This document shows, piece by piece, positions 11,520-23,202 of a stretch of DNA of 64,000 nt. Every line of letters starts with the position of its first letter. Positions within the stretch are counted from its first letter, which is position 1. The notes beneath the pieces are model-generated. The model saw only the letters and a program-made list of their open reading frames with translations. It made no database searches and was not told the DNA's origin. A program made the translations under genes and the position numbers. Source of the DNA: Antedon mediterranea (lineage: Eukaryota; Animalia; Echinodermata). The stretch covers positions 17,320,101-17,384,100 of the forward strand of contig NC_092677.1 of NCBI RefSeq assembly GCF_964355755.1, read 5' to 3'.

Positions 11520-12772
11520 CCTGTTGATATTAAGTTTTCAGTTCTGAAAATAACCGTTTTACGACCTCAGCAGCAAGTGAGAAAATGATCATCCAGTTGG
11601 TGCTGCACTGTAGTACCTGCTGCTTACATGGGCTTAAATCTAACCCTTAGCCATCAGCATAAGCTTGGTGGTCTAGAGGTATGAGTGCCAGGCTAGCGGT
11701 TATGGGTTAGAGTCCTACTCGAGAATTACATTCAGTGTTCTAAATGTACTTGGTATACGGTACAAAGTTCAGAATTCTTCACAATGTTTATAAATGAGGA
11801 TGACATTTCAGTTGTTAGAAGTAAGATTTTTGGATATTTTCTGTTCGAGTGTGAACAGGATATATTTCAATAATGCTCCAGGATTTTTTAAATAATAAAA
11901 ACAAAATAATTAGAAAATAGACTGGATAAAATTATGAATGTTTGTTAGATTTAATTAGGCCTATCTTATTTATCTTGTGAGTTAATGAGATAAAATGAAT
12001 TTTAAGACTGAAAGTTTTGAATTGGATTGTTCTAAAATCTGAATAATCGCAAACTATTAAAGAAAACAGTACTTATGAGAACACGATGTGCGATAAACTC
12101 TTCACAGGTTTGGTAGAATTTGTTTGCGAAAATATAGATTTCCTTCTCTATGCGCATTTGCAGTGTTGGGCTCTTAAATGTTTGTAAATAATAATTTAAC
12201 ACAGTTGAACTGTATATTAAATGTTTCCTAATTATTAAAGATGAGTTGAGGCGCATCACATTTCAAATAAAATCGAAAGCTAATAATTATGATTGTAAGT
12301 ACACTGTATGTTTTTTTTCCATTTAGTTTTTAAAATGTGTGATTATTTATTGTGATACTATATTCATGCTGAAACAATTAGATCTGATATTAGGAAGAGT
12401 ACTCCTACATCGGTAAATTATTCCATTGATTTAGGTTTTTTGTTCATTGTGAAACCCCCAAATTGTTTCGGTTGTGTACAAACATAAATTGTTTTTATTT
12501 ATTTATTTCAACAATATTTTACGAGGGTGGTTCATCCAGCCGAAGCTATTCATCACCCACTATTCAATTCACCACAGTCATGCAGTTTATTACTGCTTTA
12601 CATTTTCTCTCAAGTTGTCACCTTATTAGCCCTGACGAAGAAATAGTTTTCCGAAAGCTTGTTACTTTCTTTCTGGTTTTACTTAGCTTTTTTATAGGTC
12701 TACTCTAGGCCTATAATATAAAATACTAAAATATTGGTTTTCAAAGCTAGTTTCATTGTATCAGTTAACCAT

Positions 12773-12843
12773 CCAATAGGGGGCGGAGACATTTTAAAAG
12801 ACCGCGCATGCGCTATGTATGACAGGCACACCGTCGCCATCTT
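12773..12843 (+). promoter_or_regulatory. Housekeeping-type TENT4 promoter
   Basis: CCAAT (12773), GC box GGGGCGG (~12780), NRF1 palindrome GCGCATGCGC (12804-12813), YY1-like CGCCATCTT (12835-12843) within 170 bp of the ATG. Confidence 0.7.
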
Positions 12844-12937
12844 TGGAAGTTTCTCGGACAGCTGGAATTGAAGGTGGAAAGTACTCCGTTTTTCAACTTC
12901 CAGCGTAATTTAAACAGTCCGAAACAACTTTCTTTGG

Positions 12938-13329
12938 ATGGATCCACGTATATCTTGGTATCAGCCCGAACAACTAGGACCAGCAACATATCTTTGGACT
13001 GAAATTTTTGATAGTGCCAATCAACTTCATAATCTGCAAATCAATGAGATGACCGCTGCCACAGCGGCCACCACAGGCACCGATTCGAATAAAACCGGCC
13101 CTGGTAGTCGCTCTCAGGATTTTATACCGCTGCAATCAAACGCCGATTCATCAAGTAAAAGATCGGTTTCAAACGGACATAACCTTATAGACAGTAGGAA
13201 TAATCATATAAGTAAACGTAAACGAGATAATATAGCCTGTACTTATGATTGGAATCACTCAGAGAATTTGGTAGGGGGCGGAACGCCATGGAAAAGCAAT
13301 GGAAAAAGATATGAAGAGGGCGTTATTGG
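12938..13329 (+). CDS. TENT4: Terminal nucleotidyltransferase 4 (PAPD5/PAPD7/Trf4 family), exon 1 of 10
   Basis: MDPRISWYQPEQLGPATYLW matches the conserved TENT4 N-terminus; KRKRDN and TPWK motifs; donor GG|GTAAGG phase 2. Confidence 0.93.
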
Positions 13330-13662
13330 GTAAGGTTGGAATTTCCCAACTTCGTTTACAATAAAAATATTTATTTTAAATGTTTAATTTATAAATATAG
13401 GTATAGGCCTATGTACTGTAAATTTAAATAAAGAAAATGATTATGTAAGATAGGCGTAAAGTATTAGGTTAGCCCTCCTACCTACTCTATAGGCCTGTAG
13501 TAGCCCTACCTACCTACTAGGCCTGTAGTTAAAACTGTAAAATTAATTTTTTTTTTAAATCATTATTTGGCACACTAGGCTAGGCCTACCAGTAACAAAT
13601 TTGAATGCTAAACAATTTTTTCTACATCGTAGGCCTACAGTGTAGGCCTACGATATATTAAT

Positions 13663-13987
13663 GCACTTGTCAATTGTATGACCCACTATACGACCCCCGG
13701 GAGAGGTGCGTCATTTGTCCGATGTGCATCATACTTTTGAATACCATGACGCACTCGTGCGTCAAAAAGGTGACTTACCTTTAGGTGACCATGACGCACC
13801 CATTTTGACGCACTGTGACCATGTTGTTTATGATATGGTGGGTGGTAAAGTGACGGACATTGACACACCTTGTTCATTGATGTGACGTACCATCTAGGTT
13901 TTTTGACGCACCCCTGTGTCAGTAATTATTTGTAAATGACGCACCTCTCCCGGGGGTCGTATAGTGGGTCATACAATTGACAAGTGC
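13663..13987. mobile_element. MITE with ~53-bp perfect TIRs and AT flanks (ISL2EU-like)
   Basis: GCACTTGTCAATTGTATGACCCACTATACGACCCCCGGGAGAGGTGCGTCATTT and its exact reverse complement at the right end; AT on both sides; internal TGACGCAC repeats. Confidence 0.8.
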
Positions 13988-14029
13988 ATAAATACAGTAC
14001 TGTAGACTCAGGTCAACGCATTAATAAAA

Positions 14030-14430
14030 CGCCGTTGCTAAAGATACGGTACCGTATCCATGCTTTTAAAAACTAAAGGTACGGTAATTATAGAGGGCGC
14101 TTCCGTTTGCTAAAAGTACGGTAAAATTGCATTCCTAAAACTCGTACCTAAATATAAAATTCGTTCCTAAATATAAAACTCCTTCCTAAATATTAAACTC
14201 CTTCCTAAATATTAAAAACCTAACCCTCTAAATATAAATCTCTCTTAAATTAAAAACTGAAAAAAAACAATAAACCTAGTTTCTTACTAAACTAGGCTAC
14301 ACAGCTGGCTTGCAGAAAACCAACGCAATAACCTATTTGATTAACATCCACATTACATAGCGCCCTCTATAATTACCGTACCTTTAGTTTTTAAAAGTAT
14401 GGATATGGTACCGTATCTTTAGCCATAACG
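14030..14430. mobile_element. Non-autonomous DNA transposon A, 9-bp TSD TTAATAAAA (Mutator-like)
   Basis: TIR CG..GCTAAAGATACGGTACCGTATCC...AAAACTAAAGGTACGGTAATTATAGAGGGCGCT (~70 bp); TTAATAAAA at 14021-14029 and 14431-14439. Confidence 0.8.
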
Positions 14431-14439
14431 TTAATAAAA

Positions 14440-15211
14440 CGCTGTGACTAAAGATACGGTACCGTATTCCAACTTCAGTTTACTAAACTAAAGGTACGGT
14501 AAAATTGCATTACGTCATAATCAGCCAATGGGGTGGTGGTACTTGAGTGACGTCATTGTGTATAAGGACTTTGGATCATTTTTTTTCAAATCGCGTCTGT
14601 ACAGTAGAGAATGCTTATCGGCGGCGCCAGGCTGCACATGTATGTGTGTGCGTTGATGGTTTTTTTTTTATTCGGCCTATTTAGGCCTAGGCCTATATTT
14701 TTTATTACATTTTGTTTACAGATGGTGACCATAAACAACAAGCAAATGCGGACAATAAAGGGGCCCTCAAATACTATGATTTATTTAGACAGTAGCCCCA
14801 GGGCTGAGTCACAGAAATCAGCGCACACATGCAGCTAGCTGGCCCCAGCCTGGCACAGCTTTCTCTACACAAACAAACTCATATGAGGTTATAGTACGTA
14901 GTAAGTAGGCCTAGGCCTCTTTTGAAACGGTTTTCTGTATTCTAGAATTAAAATCAACCTGTTTTGGCTTTTCAATAATAACAGACGTAGGCTACATTTA
15001 GTTTTTGTCACACACGACGGCGATAATAGCGATAAATGAAGCATAATGAAAATGCGGTTGATCACTGTTTTCGCGATATGAAAAAAAATCCAAAGTCCTT
15101 ATACGATGACGTCACACACGTACCCCATTGGCTGGTTATGACGTAATGCAATTTTACCGTACCTTTAGCAAATGGAAGTTAGGATACGGTACCGTATCTT
15201 TAGCCACCGCG
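14440..15211. mobile_element. Non-autonomous DNA transposon B, 9-bp TSD TTAATAAAA (Mutator-like)
   Basis: Same terminal core CTAAAGATACGGTACCGTAT; imperfect TIR of ~140 bp; TTAATAAAA at 14431-14439 and 15212-15220. Confidence 0.8.
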
Positions 15212-15747
15212 TTAATAAAAACTATTGATCTAGGCTGTATCATTGATGTCCAATGTACCTGTACTGTAACTACAACAATACTCAACAATTAAGACCCAAA
15301 AAAAATTTCCCGCTGGTTGAATATTTTGAATGTCGACTGAAAGAAAATCATTGACGTTCATCAAAACATTTTCCAGAAAATAAAAAAATATTGTAAAAGA
15401 TGATACGAATTAAAACCTGATAACATTCTGATTTGATAGATATACTGTACTTTTAGTCTCGGTTAATTTTTTTTTTTTTCATTCAAATTAGCTCCTTGTC
15501 AAGTAGACCAGGTTCCCTTTTATTACACACACTGTAGCCTATGTAGCCTACAAAGTTATGTACGAAGATAAGATTTACATTCCTACAATGTTAAACTCTG
15601 CACTATCTACAGGATTAATTGTTCCTATACAAAAGAAGATTTTGTAAAAAAAGTTTTGTATAATTGAGGTCATTACGCCAGCCTTGGTAAATTCACCTAA
15701 TAATAATATTTGTTTTTAAAAATTTGAGAAAACTACGCCTCCAGATT

Positions 15748-16961
15748 CAGACCTTGATTTAAAAGGAGCGCCATGGCGCTGACGCTCCTTGGCGCTCCTG
15801 AAAACGATCAAAGGAGCGCCTAAAATAGCGCTCCCCAACCTGTTACAGTGCGTCATAAAAATATCTATAATGATAAGAATATTAACCCCGAATACAACAA
15901 ACAGTCTATATATAGTCGCGCAAACGATCTTTGTTATGGCTACCCCCGATAGGCTAGGCGCGCCTACGATATTTGATGTTGCGAGAAAAATATCGTAAAC
16001 AATTCATTCTAAATATAGTATCAGAACGTTCAATCGGTAGCTCAAAAAGACTGCCGTCAGAAGACCGTAATTATACAGACCTAGTTTTTTTGGTCACATG
16101 GCATGAAATGCGACACTCTCTGCTTTACCGCAACATCTCACATGGTTTTTTTTTAACTCAGTATGTGAGGGTGGCTGCCGACGATAAACAGTAATTAAGA
16201 TCGTGTACCTGGATTTTGTGTCACATGACATGAAACACTCTCTCTGATCTTAATAACTGCTCACATGTTTTCCCCTCCAAATTCTGGTCGGGCCTTTTCT
16301 TATACACATGTCGCCTTTATGTTAAATCTTATAGTAATTAATATGGAATATATATTTATTTTGCATATATTTTGTTGGTGTCCTACTCCTAGCCTAGGTG
16401 TCGTTGTTTTTATAATTCGCTAACCCAAGGTAGGATTAAATAATTTATAGTGTAGGCCGCCGAAACTAGACTAGATAGATAGCCTCGACTCTCTCTCTCT
16501 GCGAGAGCTGAGAGGTCCACGGACCCGATGTCGTCTCGTCGGCGGATTTCCGTCCAAATTAGGATAACCGATGCGTAGGCCTAGCTAGGGTGGCTACAAA
16601 AATTGACGTCTACTATCTTTAGATAGGATTTTAATTAGCAAACAATACATTGTTTGTTTGCATTGTCCATGCTTCTAAAGTAAAGGCGATGACAATGGTG
16701 TTTACTAACCCTACGAACCACCCTAATAATAATAACAATACATCGTAGACTACGTTCAGAGAACAATGACCTACGATGAATTTTACGTGCGAGAGTACCA
16801 TTTCCGGCCATCTAGAGGTGTCATTTATCAAAATTCGGCTCGCCACAGGCCCAACCATGGTGGGCCTGTGCCTCGAATACTTAATCAAAATAATGGCTCT
16901 CCTCAACATATTGAGGAGAGCCATTAGGAGCTCTCCTCTTATTTTTATAAATCAAGGTCTG
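15748..16961. mobile_element. CAG-ended non-autonomous DNA transposon with 6-bp TSD (hAT6-like)
   Basis: TIR CAGACCTTGATTTA / TAAATCAAGGTCTG; CAGATT at 15742-15747 and 16962-16967; subterminal AGGAGCGC/GCTCTCCT motifs. Confidence 0.85.
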
Positions 16962-17673
16962 CAGATTGCTAGAAATTTGACTCGTAATCAATATTACAGC
17001 AAATACATACATACTGTATAAAACATGATGGTGTTTTGCATTAAAAATAAGGGAACCATCCTTGTAAAAAATATGTGTGGGGGTGAGAGGAGCTACTGTA
17101 TGAGTAAATAATCAGTATCAGTAAAATGTATGACCCATTTATTTTTTAAATGGACTTTAACAGATAAATGTTTACAGTAGGCAATTCATTAGAACATTGG
17201 CCCAAACACAACCAGCTTGATGATAGGCAGACCATTTAACCAGGGAAGAGTACGGTAAATAAGGTTTAACATGGGCTGCTTTAGTTGGTGGTATGTTTTC
17301 ATATGATTGCTGATTTTTGGAGAACAGATTAAATCTAGCGTCAAACATGATCCCCCTCAGAATTCTGATACGTTCAAAACTGAGAAAGGGCTGCGATGGA
17401 CTTAGACCAGATTGAATATTTCATATGTTGTGTATATAATACTAGATTAAATTTTTTCACCAAAAAGCAATATACCATTAACCGGAGGACTGGTTTTTAA
17501 TTTTCTCAGTATAATAATTACGATACAAAATTACAAGCAGAATGAAGAATGATTTCCCTCTTATTTCAGGGCATCACGTATGCAAAACCCAGGAGAGCAA
17601 CAAATCGCTCTCCTCAAATCACCGAGGAGAGCAATTCGCTCTCCTTGCAAAAATTTTAAATCGCTCTCCTCAA

Positions 17674-20223
17674 GTTTAAGTTTGATAAGTTTGATAACTT
17701 TATTTCGTCCACATAGGAAAATATTTTGAGTGCTTTTCACAAAATTGTACAAAAATTCATAAAAACGTTTCATATAAAAAAAATTAATTACAATATTTAA
17801 AAACACTATATATGATTTAACAATGTACAAGTATGAACATAAGACTACAATTAACTAAATAAAAAATAAAAAGCTGCAATACATCAAAAATTTCAAAAAT
17901 TATGCAAAATCATTTAACAGTCTAATAGAATACGGAACAAAAGAATTAAAATATCGCATAACCCTACTATTGCACGATCTCAGCACATTTAGTCTTTTTG
18001 ATCTCATTTTAACATAATGTTTATTTAAAGGGTGGTTTGAGTCGTCGCATATTTTCATAGCCTTATTTCTTATGATTTTGTTGCAAAGGTCATCCAAATT
18101 ATGTCTAGATCCTGTGATCCTACCTACTTTATTTAATATTCGTTGTAATCTGGTTTTTTCTTCTGTTCTACATCCACAGAACCAGGCAACACAACAGAAA
18201 GTGAGCACACTCTCAACAATCGAAGAGTAAAATAAATTTAATACAGTTCTATCTACCCCATAATTTCTCAGTTTTCTGAGAAAGAACAGTCGTGTATTTC
18301 CTTTTTTTATAGTATTTTTACAGTGTTTCTCCCAGCTAAATTTGTTATCAACAGTCACACCTAGGTATTTGTAGCTTTCAACAGATTCAATTTCCTGATT
18401 ATTAATTTTTAGGGGAGCCAGAGCAGTACATTTTTTTCGAAAATCAATTATTACTTCTTTGGTTTTCTTTTCGTTTAGTAAGAGGCAATTTGCCTTACAC
18501 CAATTCGAAAAAGCAACGATTTCATCATGATATTCAGTTTCACTAGCTCTGTTTTTTAATAGGCCAACAATGGCGGTGTCATCCGCGTATTTTAAATAAT
18601 GTATGCTACTAGAAGTTGACTTACAGTCATTGGTATATAAAATAAATAGGAGGGGGCTTAACACACATCCTTGGGGTGATCCTATATTTGTGTTGATCAC
18701 ACTCGACTTATAGTTACCAAGAGATACCTTCTGTGTTCGATTGCATAAGAAACTTTCAATCCATTTAATTATGGATGGGTTCACCTCTAGCTTAATCAAC
18801 TTATCTATTAAGATGGCAGGATTAAGGGTATTAAATGCTGAGGAGAAGTCAGCAAAGGTAACTCTCGCATAACAACTTAAGTTATTTGTATGCTGGTTTA
18901 GCAGTTGGGTAAGAGTTAGTATCGCATCATCGACAGATCTGCATGATTGGTATGCAAACTGATATGGATCAATTAAATGGGATAAGGGAGTAATAATTGA
19001 GTTACACATAAATTTTTCAAAACATTTCATCACTATCGAGGTTAAGGCTATTGGGCGGTAGTCATTCAAAATCTTAGGGTTTGGAATTTTGGGTACTGGA
19101 ATAATAGATGCATCTTTCCAGACCGATGGTACAATATGATTATCTAACGACAGTTGAAACAGTTTGGTAAAAGGAATAGACAGTTCATGGGCACATGTCC
19201 TCAGAATACAGCCGCTAATGTTATCAGGACCACTTGCTTTATTTCGTTTCACTTTTTTGAACAACTTTTCAATTTTCCAAGGCTGAATCTTAACTTGTTC
19301 GCTAGTAATAATATTTGAAGTCAGATTGGTACAATTGGTAGGACTGGCATTCTCAAATCGCGCAAAGTGCTTGTTTAGGTCATTAACAAATTTATCACCG
19401 TCATTGTATAGCAAAAGGTCCGTCTTCTTTTTTGCTTTAACACCAGACATAATATTCATACAATTCCAGGCCGCCTTGGCATCTCCAGATTCCATGGAAT
19501 TTTCAAGCTTTCCTTTAAATAAATATTTTGCTCTTTTTATCTCATTCTTTATTTCTGCTTTTATAGATTTAATGCGAACTGTATCACCACTTTTAAAGGC
19601 ATTTGATCGTTCGCGAATGAGTGCTTTGACTTTATGCGTAAACCAAGGCTTCTGATTTGGATAAAAGGTGACACGTTTAGTTTCAACACATAATTCCTCG
19701 CAAAATGAGATATAATCATTCACAACTTGTACTGCTGAATTAAGGTCATTTGCTGTATCAATAAGTGTTGACCAATCAGTAGACTGGAAACATTCCTGTA
19801 GCTTTTCTATTGCCTCACTATTTCGAACTTTAATTATTTTCCTGGTAGGCTTTTCCGCTCTAATTTTTTGTCTATATGTTGGTAATAGGGTAATGACGTT
19901 ATGATCAGAACTTGCAATAGGAGCGTTGATCATACATCTATAGGCTTTGTTTAAATTACAGAAACACTGGTCCAGGATATTCCCGTCTCGAGTAGGTTTA
20001 TCAACGTACTTTTTGAAAGTAGGCAACGCTTTCTTTATTTCTTTGCCGCTGTGGTTTATATCTCCAACTACGAATTTAGGGGAATCAGGGGATGCCTCTG
20101 ATATATTACTCACAGTATCTCCGACAATACGAGCGGCTTCATCCGCATTTGCGTCGGGTGGAACATAGATCAGGATCACATGGATTTGATTAAACTCCCT
20201 AGGAAGGTAGTACGGTCTGAGCG
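17674..20223 (-). mobile_element. 5'-truncated non-LTR retrotransposon, Rex1/Babar-like
   Basis: APE C-terminal half plus RT ORF; 3' end on minus strand AATAAAG followed by TTATCAAAC-type short repeats; boundaries defined by comparison with the empty site at ~32900-32915. Confidence 0.9.
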
Positions 20224-20224
20224 T
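17900..20224 (-). CDS. LINE ORF2 fragment: partial AP endonuclease plus reverse transcriptase
   Basis: RPYYLPREF, VVGDINH, PTRDGNILD, SSDHN (APE); KASGPDNI, YRPIALTS, QFAY, DFSSAFNT, GSPQGCVLSPLLF, YADD, YKYLG (RT). No stop over ~774 codons; the first ~14 codons of the listed ORF belong to the host element. Confidence 0.92.
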   Translation of the reverse strand, partial: TLRPYYLPREFNQIHVILIYVPPDANADEAARIVGDTVSNISEASPDSPKFVVGDINHSGKEIKKALPTFKKYVDKPTRDGNILDQCFCNLNKAYRCMINAPIASSDHNVITLLPTYRQKIRAEKPTRKIIKVRNSEAIEKLQECFQSTDWSTLIDTANDLNSAVQVVNDYISFCEELCVETKRVTFYPNQKPWFTHKVKALIRERSNAFKSGDTVRIKSIKAEIKNEIKRAKYLFKGKLENSMESGDAKAAWNCMNIMSGVKAKKKTDLLLYNDGDKFVNDLNKHFARFENASPTNCTNLTSNIITSEQVKIQPWKIEKLFKKVKRNKASGPDNISGCILRTCAHELSIPFTKLFQLSLDNHIVPSVWKDASIIPVPKIPNPKILNDYRPIALTSIVMKCFEKFMCNSIITPLSHLIDPYQFAYQSCRSVDDAILTLTQLLNQHTNNLSCYARVTFADFSSAFNTLNPAILIDKLIKLEVNPSIIKWIESFLCNRTQKVSLGNYKSSVINTNIGSPQGCVLSPLLFILYTNDCKSTSSSIHYLKYADDTAIVGLLKNRASETEYHDEIVAFSNWCKANCLLLNEKKTKEVIIDFRKKCTALAPLKINNQEIESVESYKYLGVTVDNKFSWEKHCKNTIKKGNTRLFFLRKLRNYGVDRTVLNLFYSSIVESVLTFCCVAWFCGCRTEEKTRLQRILNKVGRITGSRHNLDDLCNKIIRNKAMKICDDSNHPLNKHYVKMRSKRLNVLRSCNSRVMRYFNSFVPYSIRLLNDFA

Positions 20225-22220
20225 ATGTAAATATGTAAAAAAATTACAATGTTTGAATTTGACCACAAAAGTTAAATTCTATTGGTTGTGCTACCAAAAA
20301 AAAATTATTAGCGCACACTGCCGCTATAATCTATTATATTATAATCTATAAATCTTTTATTAATAAATACAGGGCTGAAAATTAACCTTTAAACCATAGT
20401 GGCCAGCAGGGCCAGTTGAAGTTGAAGGATGGTCGCCCTTATTAAAAATGGCTGGCCCTTATTAATTTTGTGTACATTTTTTTTTTTGCCCAAGGGAATT
20501 TATCCCCACCCCTCCCAATTATATCATTTATTACTTTTGATAATTAAATTACTCTCCCCAAAATTCCTCCCTCCCCCACTCCCCTCCCACACCCACATTC
20601 ACACACAATATTTTCCGTGGGGATCGTCATTGAAAAAAATCAATCCAATTTTTTGTATGGCCTGAGTAGGCCTAGATTGGGTTTCAGGAGCCTGCCTGGA
20701 GAATCCTGACCAACATGTCTTTAGCCTACTAGGCCTAGCTTTCTAGCCTAGCTTGTTGGCCTACTACCTGTATTTCATAAATTATACAATTCTAACATGC
20801 AATAGCCATTAAAATATTGATAATAAGTTACAAAGTATCATTTTAAAATAATTAAGAAAGATATTTAATCGTGTTTACATGTGTCACACATGCACGCACA
20901 ATTTGGGGAGAGCTACCTTCCTTCTAGAAAATGATGACGTCACACGTCAGCACGTGTTTTGAGGAGGATTTGAGTGACCAAAATTGGTTGGAACTTTTGA
21001 AGAAATAATCCATCAATGACATAATTAAAGCAACTAAGTTTTTAAATAATAAACATTATATTTAGGCCACCTATAATGTTTCCTTTTAAAATTAAATATA
21101 TTTTATAAACTCGTTCCATAAAAACATGCAGTAAGCATAAATAAGGAACAATTATTGGTTGCTGTAAAGGAGGTATTTCTATGACACCGTACTGGATGCA
21201 TTATGAGGCGATGAAGTAAACTCGTCCTTGAATGCAGGCAGGGGAATCCCCTTGTTTGGTACCTAACCTCGCACTGTAAGATGGAGCGTGATTAATTGCT
21301 CTCCTTGAAGGTTGTTGATCGCGCTTGCGATCCTTAAAAACGAGGGACTGCTTGTAGCTTTTCCATCATATCGGGAGATTACACACGTCACGTGTATACA
21401 AAAGTTGTAGGTCCGGTCAGCCTCGTGTTTTATTAGTAGACTAGATAGCTAGCTAGCTAGACTCTGTTGTTGTTTACTTTGCTTCGTCGTCGTCGAGTAT
21501 CACTCCGCCGCCTTCTCGAGCTTTTATAATTTATGATGATCGATTGTCTAGGCCTGTCATTGTAAGCGTTTTTCACATTTTTAACTTTTAAAAATCCACG
21601 TGTTTTTAGGCCTCTTGACAGAAAAATCAACACTGTCAAAAGCTAGGCTCTATTTTGAAAATTAAGGAGCGCAATAAATTGCTCTCCTCGAAGCCTGTTG
21701 AGGAGCGCGGTCGCGCAGGCGCTCCTTATAAATGATGCCCTGTTATTTCTTTCACATATTAACAACAATACTAAATTTCAACATGGTAAAATGTCCATAC
21801 TGTAAAGTAGATCAAGATCTATTATTTTTCAATAACTCTTAAAGTACTGAGTTAAATGCATAAGTTTCTATTAAACATGAATAGAAAGTAGTACTTCTCC
21901 ATCACTTGCCATTTTTTTTTTCATGTTTCTAGGAAGAAGAATCTGAGGTCAAATTTTAAATGGCCTCAAATCTTAAAAGTTGCCATACAGTACCAAGTTT
22001 TATGCTTCTAATTAAATTTAGTATTTTGGGTCTAACTCTAAGGAGCCTTACTAGGTGTCTCTGCATTTGATTATAAAATTATACTGTATACTGTAGTTAA
22101 CCTGTACAAGAAGAATTTCATCAGTGACAATATGCAGTAAACTATATTGATTGCAAATCTAAATCTGGAGATACATTTTCATCTATTTACAGCATAAACT
22201 TTTTCTCATTTTTTTTTTAG

Positions 22221-22344
22221 CCTTCACAACGAAATACATGATTTTTTCAATTTTATGAGCCCAAAGAAAGAAGAGGGTTTGATGCGATCAGAAGTTGTAA
22301 ACCGTGTCAGTGAAGTTGTTCGGAGTATATGGCCAGAGGCTCAG
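22221..22344 (+). CDS. TENT4: TENT4 exon 2
   Basis: (G)LHNEIHDFFNFMSPKKEEGLMRSEVVNRV..IWPEAQ; TTTTAG / CAG|GTGTGT. Confidence 0.95.
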
Positions 22345-23202
22345 GTGTGTATTGTATACTGGGTAGTTTAAATTTGAGACTATAGATAATGCTATTGTTC
22401 AAGGTTTTAACCTTGCAAAAAAATACAGTTACTTTAAAAGTCCTGTGTATTTTGAGCCCTAGGCTGTTTTGATTTTCCAGCATGCCATGTCATGTTTATT
22501 GATATTTCGTTTTGCTTCTGTGATGCGTCTACATTTTAATTGTTAACAGTATATTTTGGTGTATTATTATTTGACAAATGTTTAGGGTATGTCTACAGCA
22601 TGAGTGCAGAAATTAAACAAAATGGTGTCCACTTTGTGAATGTATCTTACTCACTGTAGAGCCACGTTCAAAAGTTTATTACAGTAGTGCCTTGTTTTAT
22701 TTATTTTTTTGTATTCAGTCAAAATTAATTATAGACATAATTTGGCCTATATGTTTGTACAGTAAGTACTATACTATAGACAATTGTACAGTTTTTGTGT
22801 ATAAAGCGCTTAGAAACATTGTATTAGGCGCTACAGTATATAACCATTATTAATATTAGTTATTCCTGGATGGTATGACCTCATCAAATAAATTAGGTCA
22901 TAGACATATTTGGTTATTTCATTTGGTAACCAAAACCACTTCATGGCTGTCACATGTTTATAATAATCTTATCATCTTTTAATACTGTGGCTTTCCCATA
23001 TTTTTTTAATTTGTTAATAACTAATGTGTTTTTTAGTGTATCATTATGTTTTGAATTCTATTGGAACATACAAACTGTGTAAAAAAAAGGAGAAACAAAT
23101 AACTTATAAATTTTAATTTGTTTTTGGGTCAAAACATTGAAAAAGCTACAATCCATGTTATATTCCTCTGTAATAATTCCATATTGTATGTTTCTTTTTC
23201 AG

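Larger units (their letters stand above)
17567..21742. mobile_element. CAG-ended DNA transposon with 6-bp TSD, copy 1 (interrupted by a LINE)
   Basis: TIR CAGGGCATCA / TGATGCCCTG; TTATTT at 17561-17566 and 21743-21748; highly similar to 32831-34699. Confidence 0.88.

Noticed and set aside
11661-11725. tRNA gene candidate (also 36007-36035, 34770-34860)
   Set aside because: Only decayed A/B-box-like words, no complete cloverleaf; SINE remnants at best.
19326-20168. Plus-strand ORFs of 109 and 73 aa
   Set aside because: Antisense shadows of the LINE ORF.
20429-20665. Repeated ORF MVALIKNGWPLLI (also 33552-33800)
   Set aside because: Similarity reflects the duplicated transposon; frames diverge by indels, no transposase motifs.
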